A DNA stretch of 64,000 bases from the human T2T-CHM13v2.0 reference genome, Homo sapiens: NCBI RefSeq assembly GCF_009914755.1, contig NC_060948.1; one strand, given 5' to 3'. Position numbers and translations under genes: made by a program. Below the pieces are notes generated by a model, which was given only the letters and a program-made list of their open reading frames with translations, was not told where the DNA came from and searched no databases. Positions 28,529 through 42,820 of the stretch are shown one piece after another; position 1 is the first letter of the stretch, and each line of letters starts with the position of its first letter.

Positions 28529-31500
28529 GCCCTTGAATTAAATGGACTGGAATGGAATGGACTCGAACAGAGTGGAATGGAAAGTGTTGAGATAGAATGG
28601 AATGGACTCCTTTGGAATGGTGTAGTATGCAATGCAATCGACTGGCAGGGAATCAAAAGGAATGTAATGGAATGGATTGGACTGGAATGCAATGGACTCG
28701 AATAGATTGGAAACGGAATGCAAAGGAATGGAATGGAATAGTATGGAATGGAATGGAAAGGAATGGAGTGGAATAGACTAGAGTGGAATGGAATGGACTG
28801 GAAAGCAATGGACTGGAATGGAACTTTCTTGAATGGACTGGAATCAAACGGAATGGAATGCAATGCAATCAAATGGCATGGAATAAAATAGAATGAAAGA
28901 GAATCAAATGGAATTGAATCGAATGGAATCGAATGGATTGGAAAGGAATAGAATGGAATGGAATGGAATTGACTCAAATGGAATGGACTAGAATGGAATG
29001 GATTCGAATGGAAGGCAAAGGAATGGAATCTATTGGAATGGACTGTAATGGAATGGAATGGAAGGGATTGGAATGGACTCGAATGGAATGGACTGCAATA
29101 GAAAGGATTCGAATGGAATGAAAAAGAATTGAATGGAATAGAACAGAATGGAATCAAATCGAATGAAATGGAATGGAATAGAAAGGAATGGAATGAAATG
29201 GAATGGAAAGGATTCGAATGGAATGCAATCGAATGGAATGGAATCGAACGGAATGGAATAAAATGGAAGAAAACTGGCAAGAAATGGAATCGAAATGAAT
29301 GGAGTGTTATGGAACGGACTCAAAAGGAATTGAATGTAATAGAATGGAGTGGAGTGGACTCGAATATAATGGACTGGAATGGAATGAAATCACAAGGAAT
29401 GGGAACGAATGGAATGGAATGGAAAGGAATGGAATCGAATGGAAAGGAATCGAATGGAAGGGAATGAAATTGAATCAACAGGAATGGAAGGGAATAGAAT
29501 AGACGGTAATGGAATGGACTCGAATAGAATGGACACGAATGCTCAAATCGAATGGACTCGAATGGAATGGAAACGAAAGGAATGTCATCGAATGGAATTG
29601 AATGGATTGGAATGAAATCGCATAGAATGGAGTGGAATCAAATGGAATTGAATCGAAAGGAAAGGAAGCGAATGGACTGAAATGAAATGGAATGGAATTG
29701 AATGGAAAGTAATGCAATGGAATAGAATGGAACGAAATTTCACGGAATGGAATCAAACTGAATGGAATCAAATCAATGGAATCAAATCAAATGGAATGGA
29801 AAGGAATTGAATGGAGTAGATTGGATTGGATGGGATTGGAATGAAATGTACTGGAAAGGACTCGAATTTCATGAAACGGAATGGAATGAATTGGAACGGA
29901 ATGGACTCGAATGGAATGGAATGTCATGGAATGGCATCAAATGGAATGGCATCAAATGGAATGGAATCGAATGCAATGGAATGCTATGGAATGGAATGGA
30001 ATGCATTGGAATGGAATGTCCTCTAATGGAATGGATTCGAGTGGAATGGAATCGAATATAATGGAGTCGAATGAAATGGAATTGAAAGGAGTGGGATCGA
30101 ATACAATGGAATATACTGGAATGTAATGTAATGAACTCGAATGTAATTGACTGGAATGGAATGTACATGAATGGAATGTAATCGAATGGAAAGTAATCCA
30201 ATGGAATAGAATCTAATGCAATAAAACCGACTCAGATAGAGTAGAATGTAATGGAATGGAGTGCAGTGCAATGGAATGGAATGGAATGGAATGCAATGGA
30301 ATGGAATGTAATGGAATGGAATGGAATGGAATGGAATGGAATGGGATGGAATGGGATGGAATGGATAGTAATGGACTGGAGTGAAATGGACTGGAAAGGA
30401 ATGGACTCAAATTGAAAGGGCTCGAAAGGAATGGAGTCAAATGGAATGGTCTGGAATGGAATGAACACGAATGTAATGCAATCCAATAGAATGGAATCGA
30501 ATGGCATGGAATATAAAGAAATGGAATCGAAGAGAATGGAAACAAATGGAATGGAATTGAATGGAATGGAATTGAATGGAATGGGAACGAATGGAGTGAA
30601 ATTGTATGCAGTAGAAGGGAATAGAATGGAATGCAAGCGAAAGGAAAGGAATGGATTGGAATGGAATGGAATTCATTGGAATGGAAGGGAATGTAGTGTA
30701 ATGGACAGGCCTGGAATAAAGTGGAATGCTACGGTCTCGAATGGAATAAAAATGTATGGAATGGAATGCAATGAAACGGAATCAAATGTCATAGAATGTA
30801 ATGGAATGCAAAAAAATGGAATCCAAAATCATTGACTGGAAAGGCTGGGTGTCGAAAGGAATTGACTCCAATGGTATGGAATCGAATGGAATGGAAGTGA
30901 ATAGAATCGAACTAAATCGAATGGAATGGAATTGATAGGAACGGAATGGAAAGGAATGCAATGAATTGGCATGGAATGGAATCGAATGGCATCGAATGGA
31001 ATGGAATGGAATGCAATGGAATGGAATGTATTAGAATGTAATGAACTTTAATGGAATGTACTCGAATGGATTCGACTGGAATGGAATGTTCTGGAAGTGA
31101 ATGGACTCCAATGGAATGGATTCAAAAGGAATGGAATCGTACGGAATGGAATCTAATGGAATGGAATTAAATGGAAATGAATCAAATTGAATAGCACGGA
31201 ATTGAATTGAATGGAATGGAATGCAATGGAATCTAATGAAACGGAAAGGAAAGGAATGGAATGGAATGGAATGGGCTGGAATGGAAAGGAATCGAAACGA
31301 ATGGAATGGAATCGAACTGAAGAGACTGGAATGGAATGCACTGGAATGGAAGGGAGTGTAATGGAAGGTTGTCGAAAAAAATGGAATCGAATGGAATGGA
31401 ATTGAATGGAACGGAATAGAGTCGAATGGAATTGAATGGAATGGAATGGACTAGAGTGAAATGGAATCGAACCACAAGGAATGGACAGGAATAGAATGGT

Positions 31501-32105
31501 CTCGAATTGAATGGAATCGTATGGAATGGCATCAAACGGAATGGAATGGACAGCCACGGAATGGAATGCACTCGAATGCAATGGAGTCGAAACGTCGAAA
31601 CTAATGGACTGGAATAGAATGGACTCGACTGGTACGGACTCCAATGGAATGGAATCGAATGGAAGGGAATCGAACGGAATGGACTCGAAGGGAAAAGACT
31701 GCAATGGAAAGGTCTCGAATGGAATGGAAATTAATGGAATGGAATGGAATCGAATGAAATGGAGTCAAAAGGAATGGAATCGAATGGCAAGAAATCGAAT
31801 GTAATGGAATCGCAAGGAATTGATGTGAACGGAACGGAATGGAATGGAATCCAAAGGAATGGAATAGAATGGAATGGAATCGAATGGAAAGGACTCGAAT
31901 GGAAATCACTCGAATAGAATGCAATTTAATAAAATAGGAACAAATGTAATGGAATGGAATGGAAAGGAATCGAAACGAAAGGAATGGAGACAGATGGAAT
32001 GGAATGGAACAGAGTGCAATGGTATAGAATGGAATGGAATCATCTGGAATGGAATTGAATGGAATGGAATAATATGAAATGGAATGGAATGGAATGGAAT
32101 GGAAT
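28529..32105 (-). repeat. DYZ1 unit U9 (3577 bp)
   Basis: 8-bp GTCGAAAC duplication at 31586-31601. Confidence 0.9.
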
Positions 32106-35100
32106 GCCCTTGAATTAAATGGACTGGAATGGAATGGACTCGAACAGAGTGGAATGGAAAGTGTTGAGATAGAATGGAATGGACTCCTTTGGAATGGTGT
32201 AGTATGCAATGCAATCGACTGGCAGGGAATCAAAAGGAATGTAATCGAATGGATTGGACTGGAATGCAATGGACTCGAATAGATTGGAAACGGAATGCAA
32301 AGGAATGGAATGGAATAGTATGGAATGGAATGGAAAGGAATGGAGTGGAATAGACTAGAGTGGAATGGAATGGACTGGAAAGCAATGGACTGGAATGGAA
32401 CTTTCTTGAATGGACTGGAATCAAACGGAATGGAATGCAATGCAATCAAATGGCATGGAATAAAATAGAATGAAAGAGAATCAAATGGAATTGAATCGAA
32501 TGGAATCGAATGGATTGGAAAGGAATAGAATGGAATGGAATGGAATTGACTCAAATGGAATGGACTAGAATGGAATGGATTCGAATGGAAGGCAAAGGAA
32601 TGGAATCTATTGGAATGGACTGTAATGGAATGGAATGGAAGGGATTGGAATGGACTCGAATGGAATGGACTGCAATAGAAAGGATTCGAATGGAATGAAA
32701 AAGAATTGAATGGAATAGAACAGAATGGAATCAAATCGAATGAAATGGAATGGAATAGAAAGGAATGGAATGAAATGGAATGGAAAGGATTCGAATGGAA
32801 TGCAATCGAATGGAATGGAATCGAACGGAATGGAATAAAATGGAAGAAAACTGGCAAGAAATGGAATCGAAATGAATGGAGTGTTATGGAACGGACTCAA
32901 AAGGAATTGAATGTAATAGAATGGAGTGGAGTGGACTCGAATATAATGGACTGGAATGGAATGAAATCACATGGAATGGGAACGAATGGAATGGAATGGA
33001 AAGGAATGGAATCGAATGGAAAGGAATCGAATGGAAGGGAATGAAATTGAATCAACAGGAATGGAAGGGAATAGAATAGACGGTAATGGAATGGACTCGA
33101 ATAGAATGGACACGAATGCTGAAATTGAATGGACTCGAATGGAATGGAAACGAAAGGAATGTCATCAAATGGAATTGAATCGATTGGAATGAAATCGCAT
33201 AGAATGGAGTGGAATCAAATGGAATTGAATCGAAAGGAAAGGAAGCGAATGGACTGAAATGAAATGGAATGGAATTGAATGGAAAGTAATGCAATGGAAT
33301 AGAATGGAACGAAATTTCACGGAATGGAATCAAACTGAATGGAATCAAATCAATAGAATCAAATCAAATGGAATGGAAAGGAATTGAATGGAGTAAATTG
33401 GATTGGATGGGATTGGAATGAAATGTACTGGAAACGACTCGAATTTCATGAAACGGAATGGAATGAATTGGAACGGAATGGACTCGAATGGAATGGAATG
33501 TCATGGAATGGCATCAAATGGAATGGCATCAAATGGAATGGAATCGAATGCAATGGAATGCTATGGAATGGAATGGAATGCATTGGAATGGAATGTCCTC
33601 TAATGGAATGGATTCGAGTGGAATGGAATCGAATATAATGGAGTCGAATGAAATGGAATTGAAAGGAGTGGGATCGAATACAATGGAATATACTGGAATG
33701 TAATGTAATGAACTCGAATGTAATTGACTGGAATGGAATGTACATGAATGGAATGTAATCGAATGGAAAGTAATCCAATGGAATAGAATCTAATGCAATA
33801 AAACCGACTCAGATAGAGTAGAATGTAATGGAATGGAGTGCAGTGCAATGGAATGGAATGGAATGGAATGCAATGGAATGGAATGGAATGGAATGGAATG
33901 GAATGGAATGGAATGGAATGGAATGGAATGGGATGGAATGGGATGGAATGGATAGTAATGGACTGGAGTGAAATGGACTGGAAAGGAATGGACTCAAATT
34001 GAAAGGGCTCGAAAGGAATGGAGTCAAATGGAATGGTCTGGAATGGAATGAACACGAATGTAATGCAATCCAATAGAATGGAATCGAATGGCATGGAATA
34101 TAAAGAAATGGAATCGAAGAGAATGGAAACAAATGGAATGGAATTGAATGGAATGGGAACGAATGGAGTGAAATTGTATGCAGTAGAAGGGAATAGAATG
34201 GAATGCAAGCGAAAGGAAAGGAATGGATTGGAATGGAATGGAATTCATTGGAATGGAAGGGAATGTAGTGTAATGGACAGGCCTGGAATAAAGTGGAATG
34301 CTACGGTCTCGAATGGAATAAAAATGTATGGAATGGAATGCAATGAAACGGAATCGAATGTCATAGAATGTAATGGAATGCAAAAAAATGGAATCCAAAA
34401 TCATTGACTGGAAAGGCTGGGTGTCGAAAGGAATTGACTCCAATGGTATGGAATCGAATGGAATGGAAGTGAATAGAATCGAACTAAATCGAATGGAATG
34501 GAATTGATAGGAACGGAATGGAAAGGAATGCAATGAATTGGCATGGAATGGAATCGAATGGCATCGAATGGAATGGAATGGAATGCAATGGAATGGAATG
34601 TATTAGAATGTAATGAACTTCAATGGAATGTACTCGAATGGATTCGACTGGAATGGAATGTTCTGGAAGTGAATGGATTCCAATGGAATGGATTCAAAAG
34701 GAATGGAATCGTACGGAATGGAATCTAATGGAATGGAATTAAATGGAAATGAATCAAATTGAATAGCACGGAATTGAATTGAATGGAATGGAATGCAATG
34801 GAATCTAATGAAACGGAAAGGAAAGGAATGGAATGGAATGGAATGGGCTGGAATGGAAAGGAATCGAATCGAATGGAATGGAATCGAACTGAAGAGACTG
34901 GAATGGAATGCACTGGAATGGAAGGGAGTGTAATGGAAGGTTGTCGAAAAAAATGGAATCGAATGGAATGGAATTGAATGGAACGGAATAGAGTCGAATG
35001 GAATTGAATGGAATGGAATGGACTAGAGTGAAATGGAATCGAACCACAAGGAATGGACAGGAATAGAATGGTCTCGAATTGAATGGAATCGTATGGAATG

Positions 35101-35672
35101 GCATCAAACGGAATGGAATGGACAGCCACGGAATGGAATGCACTCGAATGCAATGGAGTCGAAACGTCGAAACTAATGGACTGGAATAGAATGGACTCGA
35201 CTGGTACGGACTCCAATGGAATGGAATCGAATGGAAGGGAATCGAACGGAATGGACTCGAAGGGAAAAGACTGCAATGGAAAGGTCTCGAATGGAATGGA
35301 AATTAATGGAATGGAATGGAATCGAATGAAATGGAGTCAAAAGGAATGGAATCGAATGGCAAGAAATCGAATGTAATGGAATCGCAAGGAATTGATGTGA
35401 ACGGAACGGAATGGAATGGAATCCAAAGGAATGGAATAGAATGGAATGGAATCGAATGGAAAGGACTCGAATGGAAATCACTCGAATAGAATGCAATTTA
35501 ATAAAATAGGAACAAATGTAATGGAATGGAATGGAAAGGAATCGAAACGAAAGGAATGGAGACAGATGGAATGGAATGGAACAGAGTGCAATGGTATAGA
35601 ATGGAATGGAATCATCTGGAATGGAATAATATGAAATGGAATGGAATGGAATGGAATGGAATGGAATGGAAT
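32106..35672 (-). repeat. DYZ1 unit U10 (3567 bp)
   Basis: 8-bp duplication at 35158-35173; 15-bp deletions at ~34140 and ~35620. Confidence 0.9.
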
Positions 35673-38600
35673 GCCCTTGAATTAAATGGACTGGAATGGA
35701 ATGGACTCGAACAGAGTGGAATGGAAAGTGTTGAGATAGAATGCAATGGACTCCTTCGGAATGGTCTAGTATGCAATGCAATCGACTGGCAGGGAATCAA
35801 AAGGAATGTAATCGAATGGATTGGACTGGAATGCAGTGGACTCGAATAGATTGGAAACGGAATGCAAAGGAATGGAATGGAATAGTATGGAATGGAATGG
35901 AAAGGAATGGAGTGGAATAGACTAGAGTGGAATGGAATGGACTGGAAAGCAATGGACTGGAATGGAACTTTCTTGAATGGACTGGAATCAAACGGAATGG
36001 AATGCAATGCAATCAAATGGCATGGAATAAAATAGAATGAAAGAGAATCAAATGGAATTGAATCGAATGGAATCGAATGGATTGGAAAGGAATAGAATGG
36101 AATGGAATGGAATTGACTCAAATGGAATGGACTAGAATGGAATGGATTCGAATGGAAGGCAAAGGAATGGAATCTATTGGAATGGACTGTAATGGAATGG
36201 AATGGAAGGGATTGGAATGGACTCGAATGGAATGGACTGCAATAGAAAGGATTCGAATGGAATGAAAAAGAATTGAATGGAATAGAACAGAATGGAATCA
36301 AATCGAATGAAATGGAATGGAATAGAAAGGAATGGAATGAAATGGAATGGAAAGGATTCGAATGGAATGCAATCGAATGGAATGGAATCGAACGGAATGG
36401 AATAAAATGGAAGAAAACTGGCAAGAAATGGAATCGAAATGAATGGAGTGTTATGGAACGGACTCAAAAGGAATTGAATGTAATAGAATGGAGTGGAGTG
36501 GACTCGAATATAATGGACTGGAATGGAATGAAATCACATGGAATGGGAACGAATGGAATGGAATGGAAAGGAATGGAATCGAATGGAAAGGAATCGAATG
36601 GAAGGGAATGAAATTGAATCAACAGGAATGGAAGGGAATAGAATACACGGTAATGGAATGGACTCGAATAGAATGGACACGAATGCTCAAATTGAATGGA
36701 CTCGAATGGAATGGAAACGAAAGGAATGTCATCGAATGGAATTGAATCAATTGGAATGAAATCGCATAGAATGGAGTGGAATCAAATGGAATTGAATCGA
36801 AAGGAAAGGAAGCGAATGGACTGAAATGAAATGGAATGGAATTGAATGGAAAGTAATGCAATGGAATAGAATGGAACGAAATTTCACGGAATGGAATCAA
36901 ACTGAATGGAATCAAATCAATGGAATCAAATCAAATGGAATGGAAAGGAATTGAATGGAGTAGATGGGATTGGATGGGATTGGAATGAAATGTACTGGAA
37001 ACGACTCGAATTTCATGAAACGGAATGGAATGAATTGGAACGGAATGGACTCGAATGGAATGGAATGTCATGGAATGGCATCAAATGGAATGGCATCAAA
37101 TGGAATGGAATCGAATGCAATGGAATGCTATGGAATGGAATGAAATGCATTGGAATGGAATGTCCTCTAATGGAATGGATTCGAGTGGAATGGAATCGAA
37201 TATAATGGAGTCGAATGAAATGGAATTGAAAGGAGTGGGATCGAATACAATGGAATATACTGGAATGTAATGTAATGAACTCGAATGTAATTGACTGGAA
37301 TGGAATGTACATGAATGGAATGTAATCGAATGGAAAGTAATCCAATGGAATAGAATCTAATGCAATAAAACCGACTCAGATAGAGTAGAATGTAATGGAA
37401 TGGAGTGCAGTGCAATGGAATGGAATGGAATGGAATGCAATGGAATGGAATGGAATGGAATGGAATGGAATGGAATGGAATGGAATGGAATGGGATGGAA
37501 TGGGATGGAATGGATAGTAATGGACTGGAGTGAAATGGACTGGAAAGGAATGGACTCAAATTGAAAGGGCTCGAAAGGAATGGAGTCAAATGGAATGGTC
37601 TGGAATGGAATGAACACGAATGTAATGCAATCCAATAGAATGGAATCGAATGGCATGGAATATAAAGAAATGGAATCGAAGAGAATGGAAACAAATGGAA
37701 TGGAATTGAATGGAATGGGAACGAATGGAGTGAAATTGTATGCAGTAGAAGGGAATAGAATGGAATGCAAGCGAAAGGAAAGGAATGGATTGGAATGGAA
37801 TGGAATTCATTGGAATGGAAGGGAATGTAGTGTAATGGACAGGCCTGGAATAAAGTGGAATGCTACGGTCTCGAATGGAATAAAAATGTATGGAATGGAA
37901 TGCAATGAAACGGAATCGAATGTCATAGAATGTAATGGAATGCAAAAAAATGGAATCCAAAATCATTGACTGGAAAGGCTGGGTGTCGAAAGGAATTGAC
38001 TCCAATGGAATGGAATCGAATGGAATGGAAGTGAATAGAATCGAACTAAATCGAATGGAACGGAATTGATAGGAACGGAATGGAAAGGAATGCAATGATT
38101 TGGCATGGAATGGAATCGAATGGCATCGAATGGAATGGAATGGAATGCAATGGAATGGAATGTATTAGAATGTAATGAACTTTAATGGAATGTACTCGAA
38201 TGGATTCGACTGGAATGGAATGTTCTGGAAGTGAATGGACTCCAATGGAATGGATTCAAAAGGAATGGAATCGTACGGAATGGAATCTAATGGAATGGAA
38301 TTAAATGGAAATGAATCAAATTGAATAGCACGGAATTGAATTGAATGGAATGGAATGCAATGGAATCTAATGAAACGGAAAGGAAAGGAATGGAATGGAA
38401 TGGAATGGGCTGGAATGGAAAGGAATCGAAACGAATGGAATGGAATCGAACTGAAGAGACTGGAATGGAATGCACTGGAATGGAAGGGAGTGTAATGGAA
38501 GGTTGTCGAAAAAAATGGAATCGAATGGAATGGAATTGAATGGAACGGAATAGAGTCGAATGGAATTGAATGGAATGGAATGGACTAGAGTGAAATGGAA

Positions 38601-39231
38601 TCGAACCACAAGGAATGGACAGGAATAGAATGGTCTCGAATTGAATGGAATCGTATGGAATGGCATCAAACGGAATGGAATGGACAGCCACGGAATGGAA
38701 TGCACTCGAATGCAATGGAGTCGAAACTAATGGACTGGAATAGAATGGACTCGACTGGTACGGACTCCAATGGAATGGAATCGAATGGAAGGGAATCGAA
38801 CGGAATGGACTCGAAGGGAAAAGACTGCAATGGAAAGGTCTCGAATGGAATGGAAATTAATGGAATGGAATGGAATCGAATGAAATGGAGTCAAAAGGAA
38901 TGGAATCGAATGGCAAGAAATCGAATGTAATGGAATCGCAAGGAATTGATGTGAACGGAACGGAATGGAATGGAATCCAAAGGAATGGAATAGAATGGAA
39001 TGGAATCGAATGGAAAGGACTCGAATGGAAATCACTCGAATAGAATGCAATTTAATAAAATAGGATCAAATGTAATGGAATGTAATGGAAAGGAATCGAA
39101 ACGAAAGGAATGGAGACAGATGGAATGGAATGGAACAGAGAGCAATGGTATAGAATGGAATGGAATCATCTGGAATGGAATTGAATGGAATGGAATAATA
39201 TGAAATGGAATGGAATGGAATGGAATGGAAT
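35673..39231 (-). repeat. DYZ1 unit U11 (3559 bp), mosaic B/A
   Basis: B markers at 35740-35840, A-type sequence from ~36700. Confidence 0.9.
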
Positions 39232-42200
39232 GCCCTTGAATTAAATGGACTGGAATGGAATGGACTCGAACAGAGTGGAATGGAAAGTGTTGAGATAGAA
39301 TGGAATGGACTCCTTTGGAATGGTGTAGTATGCAATGCAATCGACTGGCAGGGAATCAAAAGGAATGTAATGGAATGGATTGGACTGGAATGCAATGGAC
39401 TGGAATAGATTGGAAACGGAATGCAAAGGAATGGAATGGAATAGTATGGAATGGAATGGAAAGGAATGGAGTGGAATAGACTAGAGTGGAATGGAATGGA
39501 CTGGAAAGCAATGGACTGGAATGGAACTTTCTTGAATGGACTGGAATCAAACGGAATGGAATGCAATGCAATCAAATGGCATGGAATAAAATAGAATGAA
39601 AGAGAATCAAATGGAATTGAATCGAATGGAATCGAATGGATTGGAAAGGAATAGAATGGAATGGAATGGAATTGACTCAAATGGAATGGACTAGAATGGA
39701 ATGGATTCGAATGGAAGGCAAAGGAATGGAATCTATTGGAATGGACTGTAATGGAATGTAATGGAAGGGATTGGAATGGACTCGAATGGAATGGACTGCA
39801 ATAGAAAGGATTCGAATGGAATGAAAAAGAATTGAATGGAATAGAACAGAATGGAATCAAATCGAATGAAATGGAATGGAATAGAAAGGAATGGAATGAA
39901 ATGGAATGGAAAGGATTCGAATGGAATGCAATCGAATGGAATGGAATCGAACGGAATGGAATAAAATGGAAGAAAACTGGCAAGAAATGGAATCGAAATG
40001 AATGGAGTGTTATGGAACGGACTCAAAAGGAATTGAATGTAATAGAATGGAGTGGAGTGGACTCGAATATAATGGACTGGAATGGAATGAAATCACATGG
40101 AATGGGAACGAATGGAATGGAATGGAAAGGAATGGAATCGAATGGAAAGGAATCGAATGGAAGGGAATGAAATTGAATCAACAGGAATGGAAGGGAATAG
40201 AATAGACGGTAATGGAATGGACTCGAATAGAATGGACACGAATGCTGAAATTGAATGGACTCGAATGGAATGGAAACGAAAGGAATGTCATCGAATGGAA
40301 TTGAATCGATTGGAATGAAATCGCATAGAATGGAGTGGAATCAAATGGAATTGAATCGAAAGGAAAGGAAGCGAATGGACTGAAATGAAATGGAATGGAA
40401 TTGAATGGAAAGTAATGCAATGGAATAGAATGGAATGAAATTTCACGGAATGGAATCAAACTGAATGGAATCAAATCAATGGAATCAAATCAAATGGAAT
40501 GGAAAGGAATTGAATGGAGAAGATTGGATTCGATGGGATTGGAATGAAATGTACTGGAAAGGACTCGAATTTCATGAAACGGAATGGAATGAATTGGAAC
40601 GGAATGGACTCGAATGGAATGGAATGTCATGGAATGGCATCAAATGGAATGGCATCAAATGGAATGGAATCGAATGCAATGGAATGCTATGGAATGGAAT
40701 GGAATGCATTGGAATGGAATGTCCTCTAATGGAATGGATTCGAGTGGAATGGAATCGAATATAATGGAGTCGAATGAAATGGAATTGAAAGGAGTGGGAT
40801 CGAATACAATGGAATATACTGGAATGTAATGTAATGAACTCGAATGTAATTGACTGGAATGGAATGTACATGAATGGAATGTAATCGAATGGAAAGTAAT
40901 CCAATGGAATAGAATCTAATGCAATAAAACCGACTCAGATAGAGTAGAATGTAATGGAATGGAGTGCAGTGCAATGGAATGGAATGGAATGGAATGGAAT
41001 GCAATGGAATGGAATGGAATGGAATGGAATGGAATGGAATGGAATGGAATTGAATGGAATGGAATGGGATGGAATGGGATGGAATGGATAGTAATGGACT
41101 GGAGTGAAATGGACTGGAAAGGAATGGACTCAAATTGAAAGGGCTCGAAAGGAATGGAGTCAAATGGAATGGTCTGGAATGGAATGAACACGAATGTAAT
41201 GCAATCCAATAGAATGGAATCGAATGGCATGGAATATAAAGAAATGGAATCGAAGAGAATGGAAACAAATGGAATGGAATTGAATGGAATGGAATTGAAT
41301 GGAATGGGAACGAATGGAGTGAAATTGTATGCAGTAGAAGGGAATAGAATGGAATGCAAGCGAAAGGAAAGGAATGGATTGGAATGGAATGGAATTCATT
41401 GGAATGGAAGGGAATGTAGTGTAATGGACAGGCCTGGAATAAAGTGGAATGCTACGGTCTCGAATGGAATAAAAATGTATGGAATGGAATGCAATGAAAC
41501 GGAATCGAATGTCATAGAATGTAATGGAATGCAAAAAAATGGAATCCAAAATCATTGACTGGAAAGGCTGGGTGTCGAAAGGAATTGACTCCAATGGAAT
41601 GGAATCGAATGGAATGGAAGTGAATAGAATCGAACTAAATCGAATGGAATGGAATTGATAGGAACGGAATGGAAAGGAATGCAATGATTTGGCATGGAAT
41701 GGAATCGAATGGCATCGAATGGAATGGAATGGAATGCAATGGAATGGAATGTATTAGAATGTAATGAACTTTAATGGAATGTACTCGAATGGATTCGACT
41801 GGAATGGAATGTTCTGGAAGTGAATGGACTCCAATGGAATGGATTCAAAAGGAATGGAATCGTACGGAATGGAATATAATGGAATGGAATTAAATGGAAA
41901 TGAATCAAATTGAATAGCACGGAATTGAATTGAATGGAATGGAATGCAATGGAATCTAATGAAACGGAAAGGAAAGGAATGGAATGGAATGGAATGGGCT
42001 GGAATGGAAAGGAATCGAAACGAATGGAATGGAATCGAACTGAAGAGACTGGAATGGAATGCACTGGAATGGAAGGGAGTGTAACGGAAGGTTCTCGAAA
42101 AAAATGGAATCGAATGGAATGGAATTGAATGGAACGGAATAGAGTCGAATGGAATTGAATGGAATGGAATGGACTAGAGTGAAATGGAATCGAACCACAA

Positions 42201-42820
42201 GGAATGGACAGGAATAGAATGGTCTCGAATTGAATGGAATCGTATGGAATGGCATCAAACGGAATGGAATGGACAGCCACGGAATGGAATGCACTCGAAT
42301 GCAATGGAGTCGAAACTAATGGACTGGAATAGAATGGACTCGACTGGTACGGACTCCAATGGAATGGAATCGAATGGAAGGGAATCGAACGGAATGGACT
42401 CGAAGGGAAAAGACTGCAATGGAAAGGTCTCGAATGGAATGGAAATTAATGGAATGGAATGGAATCGAATGAAATGGAGTCAAAAGGAATGGAATCGAAT
42501 GGCAAGAAATCGAATGTAATGGAATCGCAAGGAATTGATGTGAACGGAACGGAATGGAATGGAATCCAAAGGAATGGAATAGAATGGAATGGAATCGAAT
42601 GGAAAGGACTCGAATGGAAATCACTCGAATAGAATGCAATTTAATAAAATAGGATCAAATGTAATGGAATGGAATGGAAAGGAATCGAAACGAAAGGAAT
42701 GGAGACAGATGGAATGGAATGGAACAGAGAGCAATGGTATAGAATGGAATGGAATCATCTGGAATGGAATTGAATGGAATGGAATAATATGAAATGGAAT
42801 GGAATGGAATGGAATGGAAT
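39232..42820 (-). repeat. DYZ1 unit U12 (3589 bp, longest)
   Basis: Expanded GGAAT tract at 40975-41065. Confidence 0.9.

Noticed and set aside
31601-32857. Longest ORF (418 aa, - strand)
   Set aside because: Two standard spurious ORFs joined by the GGATC>GGAAC SNP at ~31940 that removes a stop
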